DNA of 64,000 nt from Acinetobacter phage At2, in sequence record PQ656108.1; one strand, 5' to 3'. Positions 55,438 to 64,000 of this stretch are shown one piece after another. The notes under the pieces are model-generated. The model had not been told where the DNA came from. It did not search any database and worked only from the letters and a program-made list of their open reading frames with translations. The first letter of the stretch is position 1. Every line of letters starts with the position of its first letter. Made by a program: the position numbers and the translations under genes.

Positions 55438-56601
55438 TTAGACTAAAGCTGCTGCTTTAATTAGAGCAATACGCTCTGGACGGATTACCATAAAGCCGTA
55501 CCACCATTGAATAGACATAAAGCCCATCTTACCGTACGGATCTGATGGTGATGCCATATCAGGGCCAGGCTTCTTATGGATGATCTTGAACTTCACGTTC
55601 TTGGCATCAGACTGGAAGCCAATAGTAGTAAATGATTCAGAACCAACTACCAATAATGGGAATACGTCTGCCTTACCATTGGTTACGTGAATACCATCTG
55701 CTGCTGAAGCAGTTGCACCTGCACCTTCCCACTTTTGCATTTCAGGAACTACGATGATACGGAATTCATCAATAGAACCAATTTCACCACGCAATGGAGT
55801 AGTACCTGCAGCATAGTGTTGTACACCAATGAAAGCAGGGTTGTTGAAGAAGTCAGTCATCTTACGAAGAGTGTTCTTCATTTCAGAACCGATATACATC
55901 AAACGTGCAGCAGGGATAGTACGAGTATCAATCTTCACTGTACCAGTGTTGATCTTCGTATCCTTAGGCGTAAGGTTATTGTCAAGGTCAGTAACCAAGT
56001 TCACAAGGTCTTGGAATGATACAAGAGAAGTCTTGTCAATTTCAGATGCTTGGGTTGCAGTACCAGCATACTTAGTAATACCTGCGTTACCCAACAAGTC
56101 TAACTGAATTAATGCTTCTGAAATCTGTGAAGCACCTTTAAGCATTTCACGGTTCATGTGAGTCATTAATTCTGCATCAGTATCGAAGTTCAAAGAGTCT
56201 TCTGAGTATTCCATGAAGTAACCGTAGTTCTGGAAGGTACCTTCGAGAGTCTTACGCACGAAGCCTACACGGTTAACACGACCACCAGATTCAGACAATA
56301 CAGGCATCTTGCTTGAGATCTTGCCTACGTCTTTACTTGAGCCATACAAGTTACCATCTTGGATTACTGCACCAGTTGCATCAATACCTTGGTCATTCTT
56401 GTTACGGTCATCTAACAAAGGCACATAGATATAACGCTTAATACGTTGACCATAATGCTTTGGCATGTCCATAGTAGAAGCAAGTGGAGTGAAGAACTGT
56501 TCTTTAGCTACCTCAGTGATTGCATCACGAGCATAGTAGAAGTCTTGTAACTGAGTACCGATAGTTGAGGTGTCTCCACCTTGGTTGTAATAGTGAGCCA
56601 T
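55438..56601 (-). CDS. putative major capsid protein (387 aa)
   Basis: Size and position (scaffold-like gene upstream, terminator downstream) match N4-like organisation; no diagnostic motif. Confidence 0.5.
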   Translation of the reverse strand: MAHYYNQGGDTSTIGTQLQDFYYARDAITEVAKEQFFTPLASTMDMPKHYGQRIKRYIYVPLLDDRNKNDQGIDATGAVIQDGNLYGSSKDVGKISSKMPVLSESGGRVNRVGFVRKTLEGTFQNYGYFMEYSEDSLNFDTDAELMTHMNREMLKGASQISEALIQLDLLGNAGITKYAGTATQASEIDKTSLVSFQDLVNLVTDLDNNLTPKDTKINTGTVKIDTRTIPAARLMYIGSEMKNTLRKMTDFFNNPAFIGVQHYAAGTTPLRGEIGSIDEFRIIVVPEMQKWEGAGATASAADGIHVTNGKADVFPLLVVGSESFTTIGFQSDAKNVKFKIIHKKPGPDMASPSDPYGKMGFMSIQWWYGFMVIRPERIALIKAAALV

Positions 56602-56613
56602 ATTTAAGGTTCC

Positions 56614-57789
56614 TTATAGAAGTTTTGGATCTAGTTTAGCAAATTCTTCTGGAGACATATTCCAGATCTGTTCTGGAGTAAGCACCTGTTTATTTACTTG
56701 TGCTGCAGTACTCTGAGGAGCTGTAGCTAGGTTTCGTGCTGCATTATTACTTGTATTTGGTTTAGTTGCAACAGGTACAGGTACTGGAGTAGGTGCTACA
56801 GGTGCCTGATTAACCACAGGTTGTACCTGAGGTTGTACTTGTGGTTGCTGTACTTGTCCAAATAATAGGTTACCTACAGTGTCATAAGCTTGTAAGAATG
56901 ACATGCCAGTTAACCTTCCAAGTGATTGTTCATACTGAACACGAGCAACAATTTGATCGTATTGACCTTTTTCCACATGACTTGTTAATACACTCAATAA
57001 GCCAGGGTTATTAAAGATCTCTTGTTTAGTTTGATCATCATAAGTACCTAACTGTTGAACTACAGTACCAAAGTGAGGGTTACCCTCTAAAGCTTTAGCT
57101 GCCAACTCAAAGTTGATAGTTGCATCTGATACTTCTGGACGAGAAGGTTGATAAGATGCAGCCTTTTCTTCATTCAAGTCGTAGGTATCAATTCCTGCTT
57201 CTTGTACCAACTTAGCAATTGCTTCTGGTTTCTTATTATGAAGATCTAACAAGTAACCTAGTTGATCAACTGATTCAATACCATGATCCTGTAAGGCTTT
57301 TAATACCTTAAGGCCAGGCTTCATTGCAGCCATCTTCTGGTTATAGTTAAGTCCCATCTGCATAAGCTTGACTGCATCTTCTGCATTGTCAATCTTGTAC
57401 TCTTTACCATTAGCAGTAAAACCACCAGTTACTTTATCGAAGAATGCCTTTTCAGGTGTTACTTCTACTTGTGGTTCTGGTTTGGTTTCTTGTGTTGGTT
57501 CAGGTTGAGTTTCGCTACCTACGTTCGGTTCCGTTCCTGCATGGGTATCCTGCGCTTCGCTCGGCTCCCCATTTGGAACTCCCTCACTCGGTTGCTCAAC
57601 TTGTGGTTCTGGTTCTGGTTCAACTTCTGGAGTTACTTCTGGCTGAACTTCTGGTTGTGTCTCTTCAACAGGTACTTCTTCTACGACTGGCGCAGTGGTT
57701 GGAAACTTAGAAGGATCCAACTTACGAAAGTCTTCTTCAGACATGTTGAGTAGTTCCTCTGGAGTTAAAGCATTGTAATCAATTGGCAT
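56614..57789 (-). CDS. putative scaffolding protein with Pro/Glu/Val/Gln repeats
   Basis: Repeats PEVQPEVTPEVEPEPEPQVEQP and QVQPQVQPQVQP; placed between portal and capsid. Confidence 0.45.
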   Translation of the reverse strand: MPIDYNALTPEELLNMSEEDFRKLDPSKFPTTAPVVEEVPVEETQPEVQPEVTPEVEPEPEPQVEQPSEGVPNGEPSEAQDTHAGTEPNVGSETQPEPTQETKPEPQVEVTPEKAFFDKVTGGFTANGKEYKIDNAEDAVKLMQMGLNYNQKMAAMKPGLKVLKALQDHGIESVDQLGYLLDLHNKKPEAIAKLVQEAGIDTYDLNEEKAASYQPSRPEVSDATINFELAAKALEGNPHFGTVVQQLGTYDDQTKQEIFNNPGLLSVLTSHVEKGQYDQIVARVQYEQSLGRLTGMSFLQAYDTVGNLLFGQVQQPQVQPQVQPVVNQAPVAPTPVPVPVATKPNTSNNAARNLATAPQSTAAQVNKQVLTPEQIWNMSPEEFAKLDPKLL

Positions 57790-58115
57790 TAGGTATTCCT
57801 TGTTTCTTGATCTCTTAAGGTTTCAGCATCGTGTATCTTAATATCAATGTCTGCTATCTGAGATGTTTTGGTTTCTAGATACATCTGGAACAGTGCTACG
57901 CATTCGAGTTGTCTGTCAATATCTAGGTTTGCTTCGGGTGTTAGGTTTAGTCTGCCTTTACCCTTTAATAAAGATAGAGGGTGCTTTGTTAGAAAGTCAT
58001 CTAAGATTACCTTCTGAAAGTCAGGATTAACTAACAATCTCTCAAGAGATTGAAGTACCTTCTTCTCTTCTCTTAACTCTAAAATGTTTCTGTCTAATTC
58101 ATGCATAGTACTCAC
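57789..58115 (-). CDS. hypothetical protein (108 aa)
   Basis: ORF track. Confidence 0.45.
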   Translation of the reverse strand: MSTMHELDRNILELREEKKVLQSLERLLVNPDFQKVILDDFLTKHPLSLLKGKGRLNLTPEANLDIDRQLECVALFQMYLETKTSQIADIDIKIHDAETLRDQETRNT

Positions 58116-58154
58116 CTAAATTAAAGGGGAAGCTTACTTCCCCCTAGTTAGTTG

Positions 58155-60359
58155 CTATCTTACAGATTTTTCTTTAGGTTGCAAACTTGCTTTAGCATGT
58201 TCAGCTAACAAAGTAGTACCACGTTGCTTATCTGCTAAGTCTAAGTTGTTCTGATTCTTTAAGGTATCCTTAGCTAAATCAGTATCCAACTTCTGTTGTT
58301 GAAGGTCTTTAGCCTGCTGATGTTTAATCCCATTGGCTTCATTGTAGAAGTCCAAGTTATTCTTATCAGTAGTAGACTGCATGTTAGCTGCCCTTGCTTC
58401 TTCAACACCAACCTTAGCTTGTTGTACAAATGACTTAGCATCTGCTTCACGTGCTTGCGCATTAAGTAATGCAGTTTCAGCTTTGATCTTAGCAAGCTCA
58501 AGTTCTTTAAGAGCTTCTTGCATAGGATCAGGTTGTGGTTCCCAAGTCTCTAAGTAATGAGCTAAATCAGGAAGTTTATGTAACTTCACAATCTTAGCCA
58601 TAATCTTAATAGGTACCTCTGGAGGTAAGTTATTACCTAGAGTCTGTAAGATGAATGATAAGTTCTGAGACTTACTTTGATCTTCCTCAGGAGTACTTAC
58701 GTTAATCCTTAAGTCAAAGTCACCTGCCAAGTCATCACGCTTAACAGGTACAAAGTTCTCATTGGTTACCCTTACCACTTCTTCCTCTTCCAAGAACATA
58801 GCATTCATCGTAATAAACTTACGTGCTACTTCTACCAAACCATTACCTAGCCTACGAACAATACCAGTTTCACGTTTGGTTGCAGCATCTGTAGCTGTCC
58901 TTACTGCTTCTGCTGTTTGGCCCAAGTTAACACCACTTACACCTGTACCTTGGAAAGCACGTACACCAGTTAATGACTCAGAATCATTATTTACCATACT
59001 AAGTATGAAAGGTGCTGACTCAGGGATGTTAGGGAATGTCTGCGTAAAGATTGCATGTTGTGGGTTGTTATTACCATTGAACTCAAAGTCTTGACCATTC
59101 TTAAACTTATGTAAGTTCACCTGATCCATAGCACCCTTAGCAAAACCTGTTTGACCTGCACTGATCTTAGCCATCAAGTCAATCATACCTCGGGTAACTG
59201 CACCCTTTATTTTTTGGTTGTCTTCCAATAACTCCGCATCAGGTTCACCATATAGCGAGCCTTTGACGGGCATAAAAGGAATAAACACAAAAGGGAACTG
59301 CTTATCAGGATAAGGATTTTCGGCAAGCTGAATGATTGTGTCTCCGACCCAAGTACAGACGATAGGCCTAGCAATACCATCACCATTAATATCGAAATAT
59401 CCCCAATACTCGTAAGCATACATTTTCTTACGTGCTGAGTCTTTAAATGTGAAACTGCCTTGTTGTGTTGTGCTGTCATATTGGCTACCTACTTCTGATG
59501 TGTTAGCTGCTGTTTGTACGTTGATCTGGTCAACATTCTTATAACGAGAATCCCTCTTTAAATCAGAGAGAGAAGTCTCAAACTTATGAATAATAAAGTT
59601 AGCTTTAGATAGATCCCCTTGGCAAGTAGGATCAACATAAATAGACGTAAAGTCACACACTGAAACAGTAGGGTGGTTACGAATAATTTTCTCCCTGCGT
59701 TCTGTACGTGTACCGTCTTTATATACCCTGATAGGTTGTTGAGCTTGTTGAGATAACTCAATACTAAGTCTTACTTCCTCAGGTACATCTTCTAAATAGT
59801 CTGGTTCCTGCTGCAGCATCTGGAGATGTTGCTGTAGTTCAGGCATATAAGAAGGATCTGGTATCTGCATATAGTTCGGTACTTCTTCATCTACAAACTC
59901 AGACTTAGTTACCCAAGACGTACGTAGAATAGCAGTACCTTCATTTACACAGGTTCGTACGAACTTATCAATGAAAGCTACTTTATCAATCTTAGTATCA
60001 AACTGATTATTAATGATTAGCTCATTCTGCTGTGCTGCCTTCACATCTTCCCACGTATTAGGATTCACATTAAATAAATCCGTACTCGATAAGAAGATTT
60101 CTGACAAAGCTGAATATCGCCACTCTGCTTGTGTGCGTACAAGCTTAGGAGCTACCTTACTCTTGTTGTCTGCTGTGATTGGTTTAGCTGAACCCTTCAA
60201 ATGAAGGATATCTAACCACTTCTCAATCTTGGCACACTGTGCTGAATAAGATGCTTGTGACTCTGTTAGATCCTGCTTAAGATCACTTAGCTGGGGTTCT
60301 TTCTTCCAGTTAGTTAATCTTTGCGGAACAACAATAGGTTTGTTCGCTGTTATTTCCAT
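58155..60359 (-). CDS. putative portal protein (734 aa)
   Basis: Size and position between large terminase and scaffold/capsid; C-terminal coiled-coil; inferred from gene order. Confidence 0.5.
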   Translation of the reverse strand: MEITANKPIVVPQRLTNWKKEPQLSDLKQDLTESQASYSAQCAKIEKWLDILHLKGSAKPITADNKSKVAPKLVRTQAEWRYSALSEIFLSSTDLFNVNPNTWEDVKAAQQNELIINNQFDTKIDKVAFIDKFVRTCVNEGTAILRTSWVTKSEFVDEEVPNYMQIPDPSYMPELQQHLQMLQQEPDYLEDVPEEVRLSIELSQQAQQPIRVYKDGTRTERREKIIRNHPTVSVCDFTSIYVDPTCQGDLSKANFIIHKFETSLSDLKRDSRYKNVDQINVQTAANTSEVGSQYDSTTQQGSFTFKDSARKKMYAYEYWGYFDINGDGIARPIVCTWVGDTIIQLAENPYPDKQFPFVFIPFMPVKGSLYGEPDAELLEDNQKIKGAVTRGMIDLMAKISAGQTGFAKGAMDQVNLHKFKNGQDFEFNGNNNPQHAIFTQTFPNIPESAPFILSMVNNDSESLTGVRAFQGTGVSGVNLGQTAEAVRTATDAATKRETGIVRRLGNGLVEVARKFITMNAMFLEEEEVVRVTNENFVPVKRDDLAGDFDLRINVSTPEEDQSKSQNLSFILQTLGNNLPPEVPIKIMAKIVKLHKLPDLAHYLETWEPQPDPMQEALKELELAKIKAETALLNAQAREADAKSFVQQAKVGVEEARAANMQSTTDKNNLDFYNEANGIKHQQAKDLQQQKLDTDLAKDTLKNQNNLDLADKQRGTTLLAEHAKASLQPKEKSVR

Positions 60360-60474
60360 AATTACATCCCATAAGATTTGATCGCAATAGTATCAAGTAA
60401 AGTTGTTGACACACAACAACAATAAGCCTACTATCCCCTTATGCCTTGATTGGTTGTCATTCCAAAAACAAATT

Positions 60475-60498
60475 AGCCCCTTTACAGGGGCTTTTTTG
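60475..60498. terminator. hairpin terminator (agcccc-tttaca-ggggct then TTTTTT)
   Basis: Seen directly. Confidence 0.5.
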
Positions 60499-60508
60499 TA
60501 TCTAGGGT

Positions 60509-61261
60509 TTATACCCATCCACCACGTTCAAAGCTGCTAGTACTACCAGTAGAAGCAATATTACCTAAGTTATTCCTTAGATCATTACACTCTTCTTGGT
60601 ATTTACTCCAGTAGTTATTACCTTCATGGAACATGCCCCTACCAATTGTCTCTGCACCCTTAGGGTTGTACTTACGAGAAGCAACATACAAAACTAAAGC
60701 ATTCAAGAAGTGATCTGGTAAATCAATATAGACCTGTTCTGGTGGTTTAGTTAAATCTAATGGTTTCATTCGGGCCTTATAGTTCACTAGGATATCTCCT
60801 AGCTGTGCACCCTTGTGTAACTTCAAAGTATTATAACTAAGCATATTAATCCCTTCATAAGTAAACACACTTGGTTTAGTCAAGAAGATATCATCAGTAG
60901 GCCGTATAGCTACCACATCAGTATTTAAATACAAAGACTCACCATTTGCACCAGTAATACTAAAGATCTGCATAATATCGCCTAGGAATGGATCCTGAGG
61001 CTCATCAATAATGAATGCATCACCATTACCACTACTTACTGCATTGGCAGGAATAAGCTCATACACCTGCTTATCTGGGGTAGTCCTTACTAATAAAGAC
61101 TTTTCCCTTATAGAAAACTTCTTATTCAGGTCATTAATACCTGCTTGAATCAAAGCATTAGTCTTAGGTAGTGAGGTAGGCTTAAGCATATCCTCCTGAC
61201 CCTCTGACAACATACTCAATTCACCTGAGCATAACTGCTCATGTACTTCATTTAAAAACAT
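60509..61261 (-). CDS. hypothetical structural protein (250 aa)
   Basis: ORF track. Confidence 0.45.
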   Translation of the reverse strand: MFLNEVHEQLCSGELSMLSEGQEDMLKPTSLPKTNALIQAGINDLNKKFSIREKSLLVRTTPDKQVYELIPANAVSSGNGDAFIIDEPQDPFLGDIMQIFSITGANGESLYLNTDVVAIRPTDDIFLTKPSVFTYEGINMLSYNTLKLHKGAQLGDILVNYKARMKPLDLTKPPEQVYIDLPDHFLNALVLYVASRKYNPKGAETIGRGMFHEGNNYWSKYQEECNDLRNNLGNIASTGSTSSFERGGWV

Positions 61262-61263
61262 AA

Positions 61264-62901
61264 TTACACCACATAGGTTGATACTACAGAAAGCTCAGAC
61301 GAGTGCTGAACCATTTCATAGATTCCATTCTCTTCATTGGCTTGCATAGGAACAGAATCACCTGGTAAGAATACAGGCATTACGGCCAACATACTAATGG
61401 TATCAATAGCGTCATCATGCTTCGACTTTAAACCGTTACCAGAAGCTAATTTAAGCTCTTCCATCATTTCAATCATGGTTTTATCAAGCTTACATTCTTC
61501 AGGGAAGAACATCTCACCAACCTTAAACCAAGGAACAACAACCATGAATCTTTGTAATTTATTGGTATTAGGTCGGATACCTGCTTTATTACTGTTACCT
61601 GAACTAGCCAAGTTAAAGTAGATGTGACGTTTTGACATCTCGCTTTTAATCCAATGAATAAAGCCTTCTTGTTGACCTGTTACCTCAATACCTACAGATA
61701 AAGGCTTATAACGATGTACTAACCTGAATAGATCATCTACGTTCTTATCCATTGTTTGACGTGCACAAATACCATCTACCCAGAACCTATGGCCACTACT
61801 ATTAACTGCCCATACAGAAATGTATGCAAAGTCACCTGACTCTTCTTCTGTAGTTGCAAAGTCGGTAGTGATATAGAAGTTGTACATGTGAGCATGTTTA
61901 AGTAAGTCTGACCTACGGTACCAGTTAATATCTGAATCAAGTACAAGCCTGTCTTCATCAGACATAATTCTTAACATAAGCTCTTGGTTAAACGTATGAA
62001 TAGTACCTGACTTCATGGCCTCTAAATACTTACGTTTAACGTAGTCATACGTAAAGCGATCTTCCCATGAGCCTCTAAACTCTGCTCGGGTACAAGGGAA
62101 CTTCTCGCATACTGGATAACAGTTTACTGCCCATGCACCTGACTCAATTGCCTTATACAGAGGATCACTCGCATTAAAGGGAGTACCTGACCAGATAATC
62201 TTACTCCTAGTAGGATGCATCGCATGGTCAATAGCCTTATGCACAGTATCTTCAATAGCAGCAATCATTGTCTTAGAACGTGCATCCTCATCCGATACCA
62301 AGTCATCCAGAATAGCTAACTGAGGTCGCTTACCATTGGCCTTGGTACCACGAACACCTGTCTTAGCACCATAACCTTTAACGATAAACTCTTTACCTTC
62401 TTTGTTCTTAAAGTGCCAATGGATATCAGTAAACTTAGCTTGAGGTACATACTTCTTAAGGAAGTCTGAGTTCTCCCAACGATACTCTAAGTTCTTACGC
62501 ATGTTCTTCACACCGTTATCAATAGAGTCCGATACATACAATGCAAAGTCTACTCTACCAAATGTAGGTAGCTCACCAAAGGTAGCTAAGTAAAGAATAA
62601 GATACTCACCTAGTACAGTAGTCTTTGCTGCACCACGATGTACCATGTTTGCAATCTTCCTAGAGTTAGGTTGGTCAATCTGATCAAGCATCTTCAAGTG
62701 AAGTACAGGAGTTACGTTCTCTTCACCTTGTCCACCATTCACTAGCTTAATAAAACTAACAAAGGCTTGTGCAAAGTCACTAGGTACATAATCAGGATCA
62801 TCTTCATAAGAGACTTGGTTTAACCATTCCTCTACTGTCTTTACATCTAAACCAAGGTCATCAACAAAGCCTTCGTCTTCTTCTAAAAGTATTTCACTCA
62901 T
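61264..62901 (-). CDS. terminase large subunit
   Basis: Deviant Walker A HRGAAKTTVLGEY, Walker B LAILDDLVSDED, about 545 aa, upstream of portal. Confidence 0.65.
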   Translation of the reverse strand: MSEILLEEDEGFVDDLGLDVKTVEEWLNQVSYEDDPDYVPSDFAQAFVSFIKLVNGGQGEENVTPVLHLKMLDQIDQPNSRKIANMVHRGAAKTTVLGEYLILYLATFGELPTFGRVDFALYVSDSIDNGVKNMRKNLEYRWENSDFLKKYVPQAKFTDIHWHFKNKEGKEFIVKGYGAKTGVRGTKANGKRPQLAILDDLVSDEDARSKTMIAAIEDTVHKAIDHAMHPTRSKIIWSGTPFNASDPLYKAIESGAWAVNCYPVCEKFPCTRAEFRGSWEDRFTYDYVKRKYLEAMKSGTIHTFNQELMLRIMSDEDRLVLDSDINWYRRSDLLKHAHMYNFYITTDFATTEEESGDFAYISVWAVNSSGHRFWVDGICARQTMDKNVDDLFRLVHRYKPLSVGIEVTGQQEGFIHWIKSEMSKRHIYFNLASSGNSNKAGIRPNTNKLQRFMVVVPWFKVGEMFFPEECKLDKTMIEMMEELKLASGNGLKSKHDDAIDTISMLAVMPVFLPGDSVPMQANEENGIYEMVQHSSELSVVSTYVV

Positions 62902-63578
62902 AGCTCTACTACCTCAGCTTCAATAATACGAGAAGCAGCAATCTGACCTGCAGTAAGAGTCTTGGCTTCAATTGCCTTGTTCTGTGTTTGTGCCAACTCG
63001 AAGATAACATTCTTAAGCTCTTTAATAGAGTCTGTCTCTTCAATACCAATGTTAAGATTAACTTGTTTCTCTTCTGGTGGTTTAAGGTGAATCATTAGTG
63101 AGTTAGCTGCATCAGACTGAACCTTCTCACTAGCAGCATTCTTCATCAAATAGAATTGATGATTAATAGCTTCTTGGAACTTATCCTGATTAAGTACATG
63201 AGTAGGGATAACTGCTTGAGCATAAACCAAGTTAACAAGCTTGGACTTGTTATACATAGCAATACTTGCTGACATTGATTGACTTGTCCTACCTTGTTGA
63301 AGCCATGACTGCCACTTATCAGGGAAGGTTAGAGAATAAGCATCCATGTTGTTATATCCCATTAACTTATAGGATACATACATAACAGCATTCATATAGC
63401 TTGATAGTTTGAACTTACCTTCACTAAGAACCCTGTTATAAGAGATCATGTTATCTCTAAATGCTTCTCTAAAGTCTGGATCAGTAATGACATGGTTAAG
63501 TTCATTAACTAGATCATCAGATACACCACTCTGTACTGTAGCAGGCAAAGCCTGTATTAACTCTTCTTTTGTAAACAT
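62898..63578 (-). CDS. hypothetical protein (226 aa), possible small terminase subunit by position
   Basis: ATGA coupling to the terminase start. Confidence 0.4.
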   Translation of the reverse strand: MFTKEELIQALPATVQSGVSDDLVNELNHVITDPDFREAFRDNMISYNRVLSEGKFKLSSYMNAVMYVSYKLMGYNNMDAYSLTFPDKWQSWLQQGRTSQSMSASIAMYNKSKLVNLVYAQAVIPTHVLNQDKFQEAINHQFYLMKNAASEKVQSDAANSLMIHLKPPEEKQVNLNIGIEETDSIKELKNVIFELAQTQNKAIEAKTLTAGQIAASRIIEAEVVEL

Positions 63579-63913
63579 TACTTAATCTCCTTCTCTGTGT
63601 AGCGACCATAGGTTGTATCGTTGTAATCAACTAAACCATCAGGAGAAGCTACATAAGCAGACCTTACCTTCACAATAGTTCTTGTAGGTGATAAGGGTAT
63701 ATGACGTAAGTCTCTTATAGCATCTATCACATGAGCTACAGGTACACTCTTTGAATAGACTGCAGAGATACGACCTGAACTACTACAACCTAAGTCAATA
63801 GAGATATAAGCATCTACTTCATACTCTCTAATGCTAGATAGGCCTTTAGCTACGTTGTGGTAACCAATCTTTAATTTATTAATCATACAAGTATCCTCAT
63901 TAAATATGAGCAT
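63578..63913 (-). CDS. hypothetical protein (111 aa), first gene of the late leftward operon within the window
   Basis: GAGGA RBS 8 nt upstream of ATG. Confidence 0.45.
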   Translation of the reverse strand: MLIFNEDTCMINKLKIGYHNVAKGLSSIREYEVDAYISIDLGCSSSGRISAVYSKSVPVAHVIDAIRDLRHIPLSPTRTIVKVRSAYVASPDGLVDYNDTTYGRYTEKEIK

Positions 63914-64000
63914 AGGATATAGGTTTAATTAGCAGAGAGCAAACCAAGGAAACAAGGTCTCAGCAGGTATTTCAACTTTTTTATATTTTTTATATTTAGG

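Noticed and set aside
57444-57753. Plus-strand Leu/Trp-rich ORFs opposite the scaffold-like gene
   Set aside because: They are the reverse complement of Pro/Glu/Gln repeat codons.
63914-64000. Sigma70-like late promoter upstream of the first late gene
   Set aside because: Only a TTGAAA -35-like hexamer without a convincing -10 was seen. N4-type late promoters are weak and activator-dependent, so it was not called.

Overview
The window looks like about 64 kb of a lytic podovirus of the N4-like group (Schitoviridae), with roughly 40% GC. Three things support this call. First, the 3342-aa minus-strand ORF at 38703..48731 carries single-subunit RNA-polymerase motifs in the canonical order (motif A FESDGVTNGPV, motif B KRKGAKPITTTSNYGAG, motif C VQNYHDAN). 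Second, the gene order matches N4: helicase, family-A DNA polymerase, primase, ATPase, SSB-like protein, the giant virion RNA polymerase, then the head genes transcribed toward it. Third, there is a MoxR-like AAA+ ATPase next to a metallopeptidase/VWA protein. The host cannot be called from sequence alone. The layout is as follows. A plus-strand block (1..18500) holds small early/middle genes, two irregular tRNA-like genes, and a ~740-bp ORF-free structured region. The same block holds the MoxR/VWA pair, an ATPase, a Dda-like helicase, DNA polymerase I, a nucleotide kinase and a Nudix hydrolase. An inverted minus-strand block (18514..27322) holds a 1348-aa tail fibre and a lysis cassette (CHAP/NlpC-like endolysin plus overlapped i-/o-spanins). 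A second plus-strand block (27420..38667) holds ThyX, class I RNR NrdA/NrdB, a PD-(D/E)XK/4-Cys nuclease, an AEP-type primase with P-loop domain, a Sak4-like ATPase, an inserted HNH endonuclease, an SSB-like protein, a RuvC-like resolvase and a small holin-like protein. The late minus-strand block (38703..63913) holds the virion RNA polymerase, an SLT lytic transglycosylase, virion proteins, putative major capsid, scaffold, portal and large terminase. The most unusual items are the ORF-free repeat-bearing region next to the defective tRNA-like genes, a palindrome that copies the downstream ribosome-binding site ahead of an HTH gene, two different hairpin families on the two strand blocks, and several small opposite-strand genes sitting at bidirectional terminators. 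All motifs were found by eye and all coordinates counted by hand; no searches were run.
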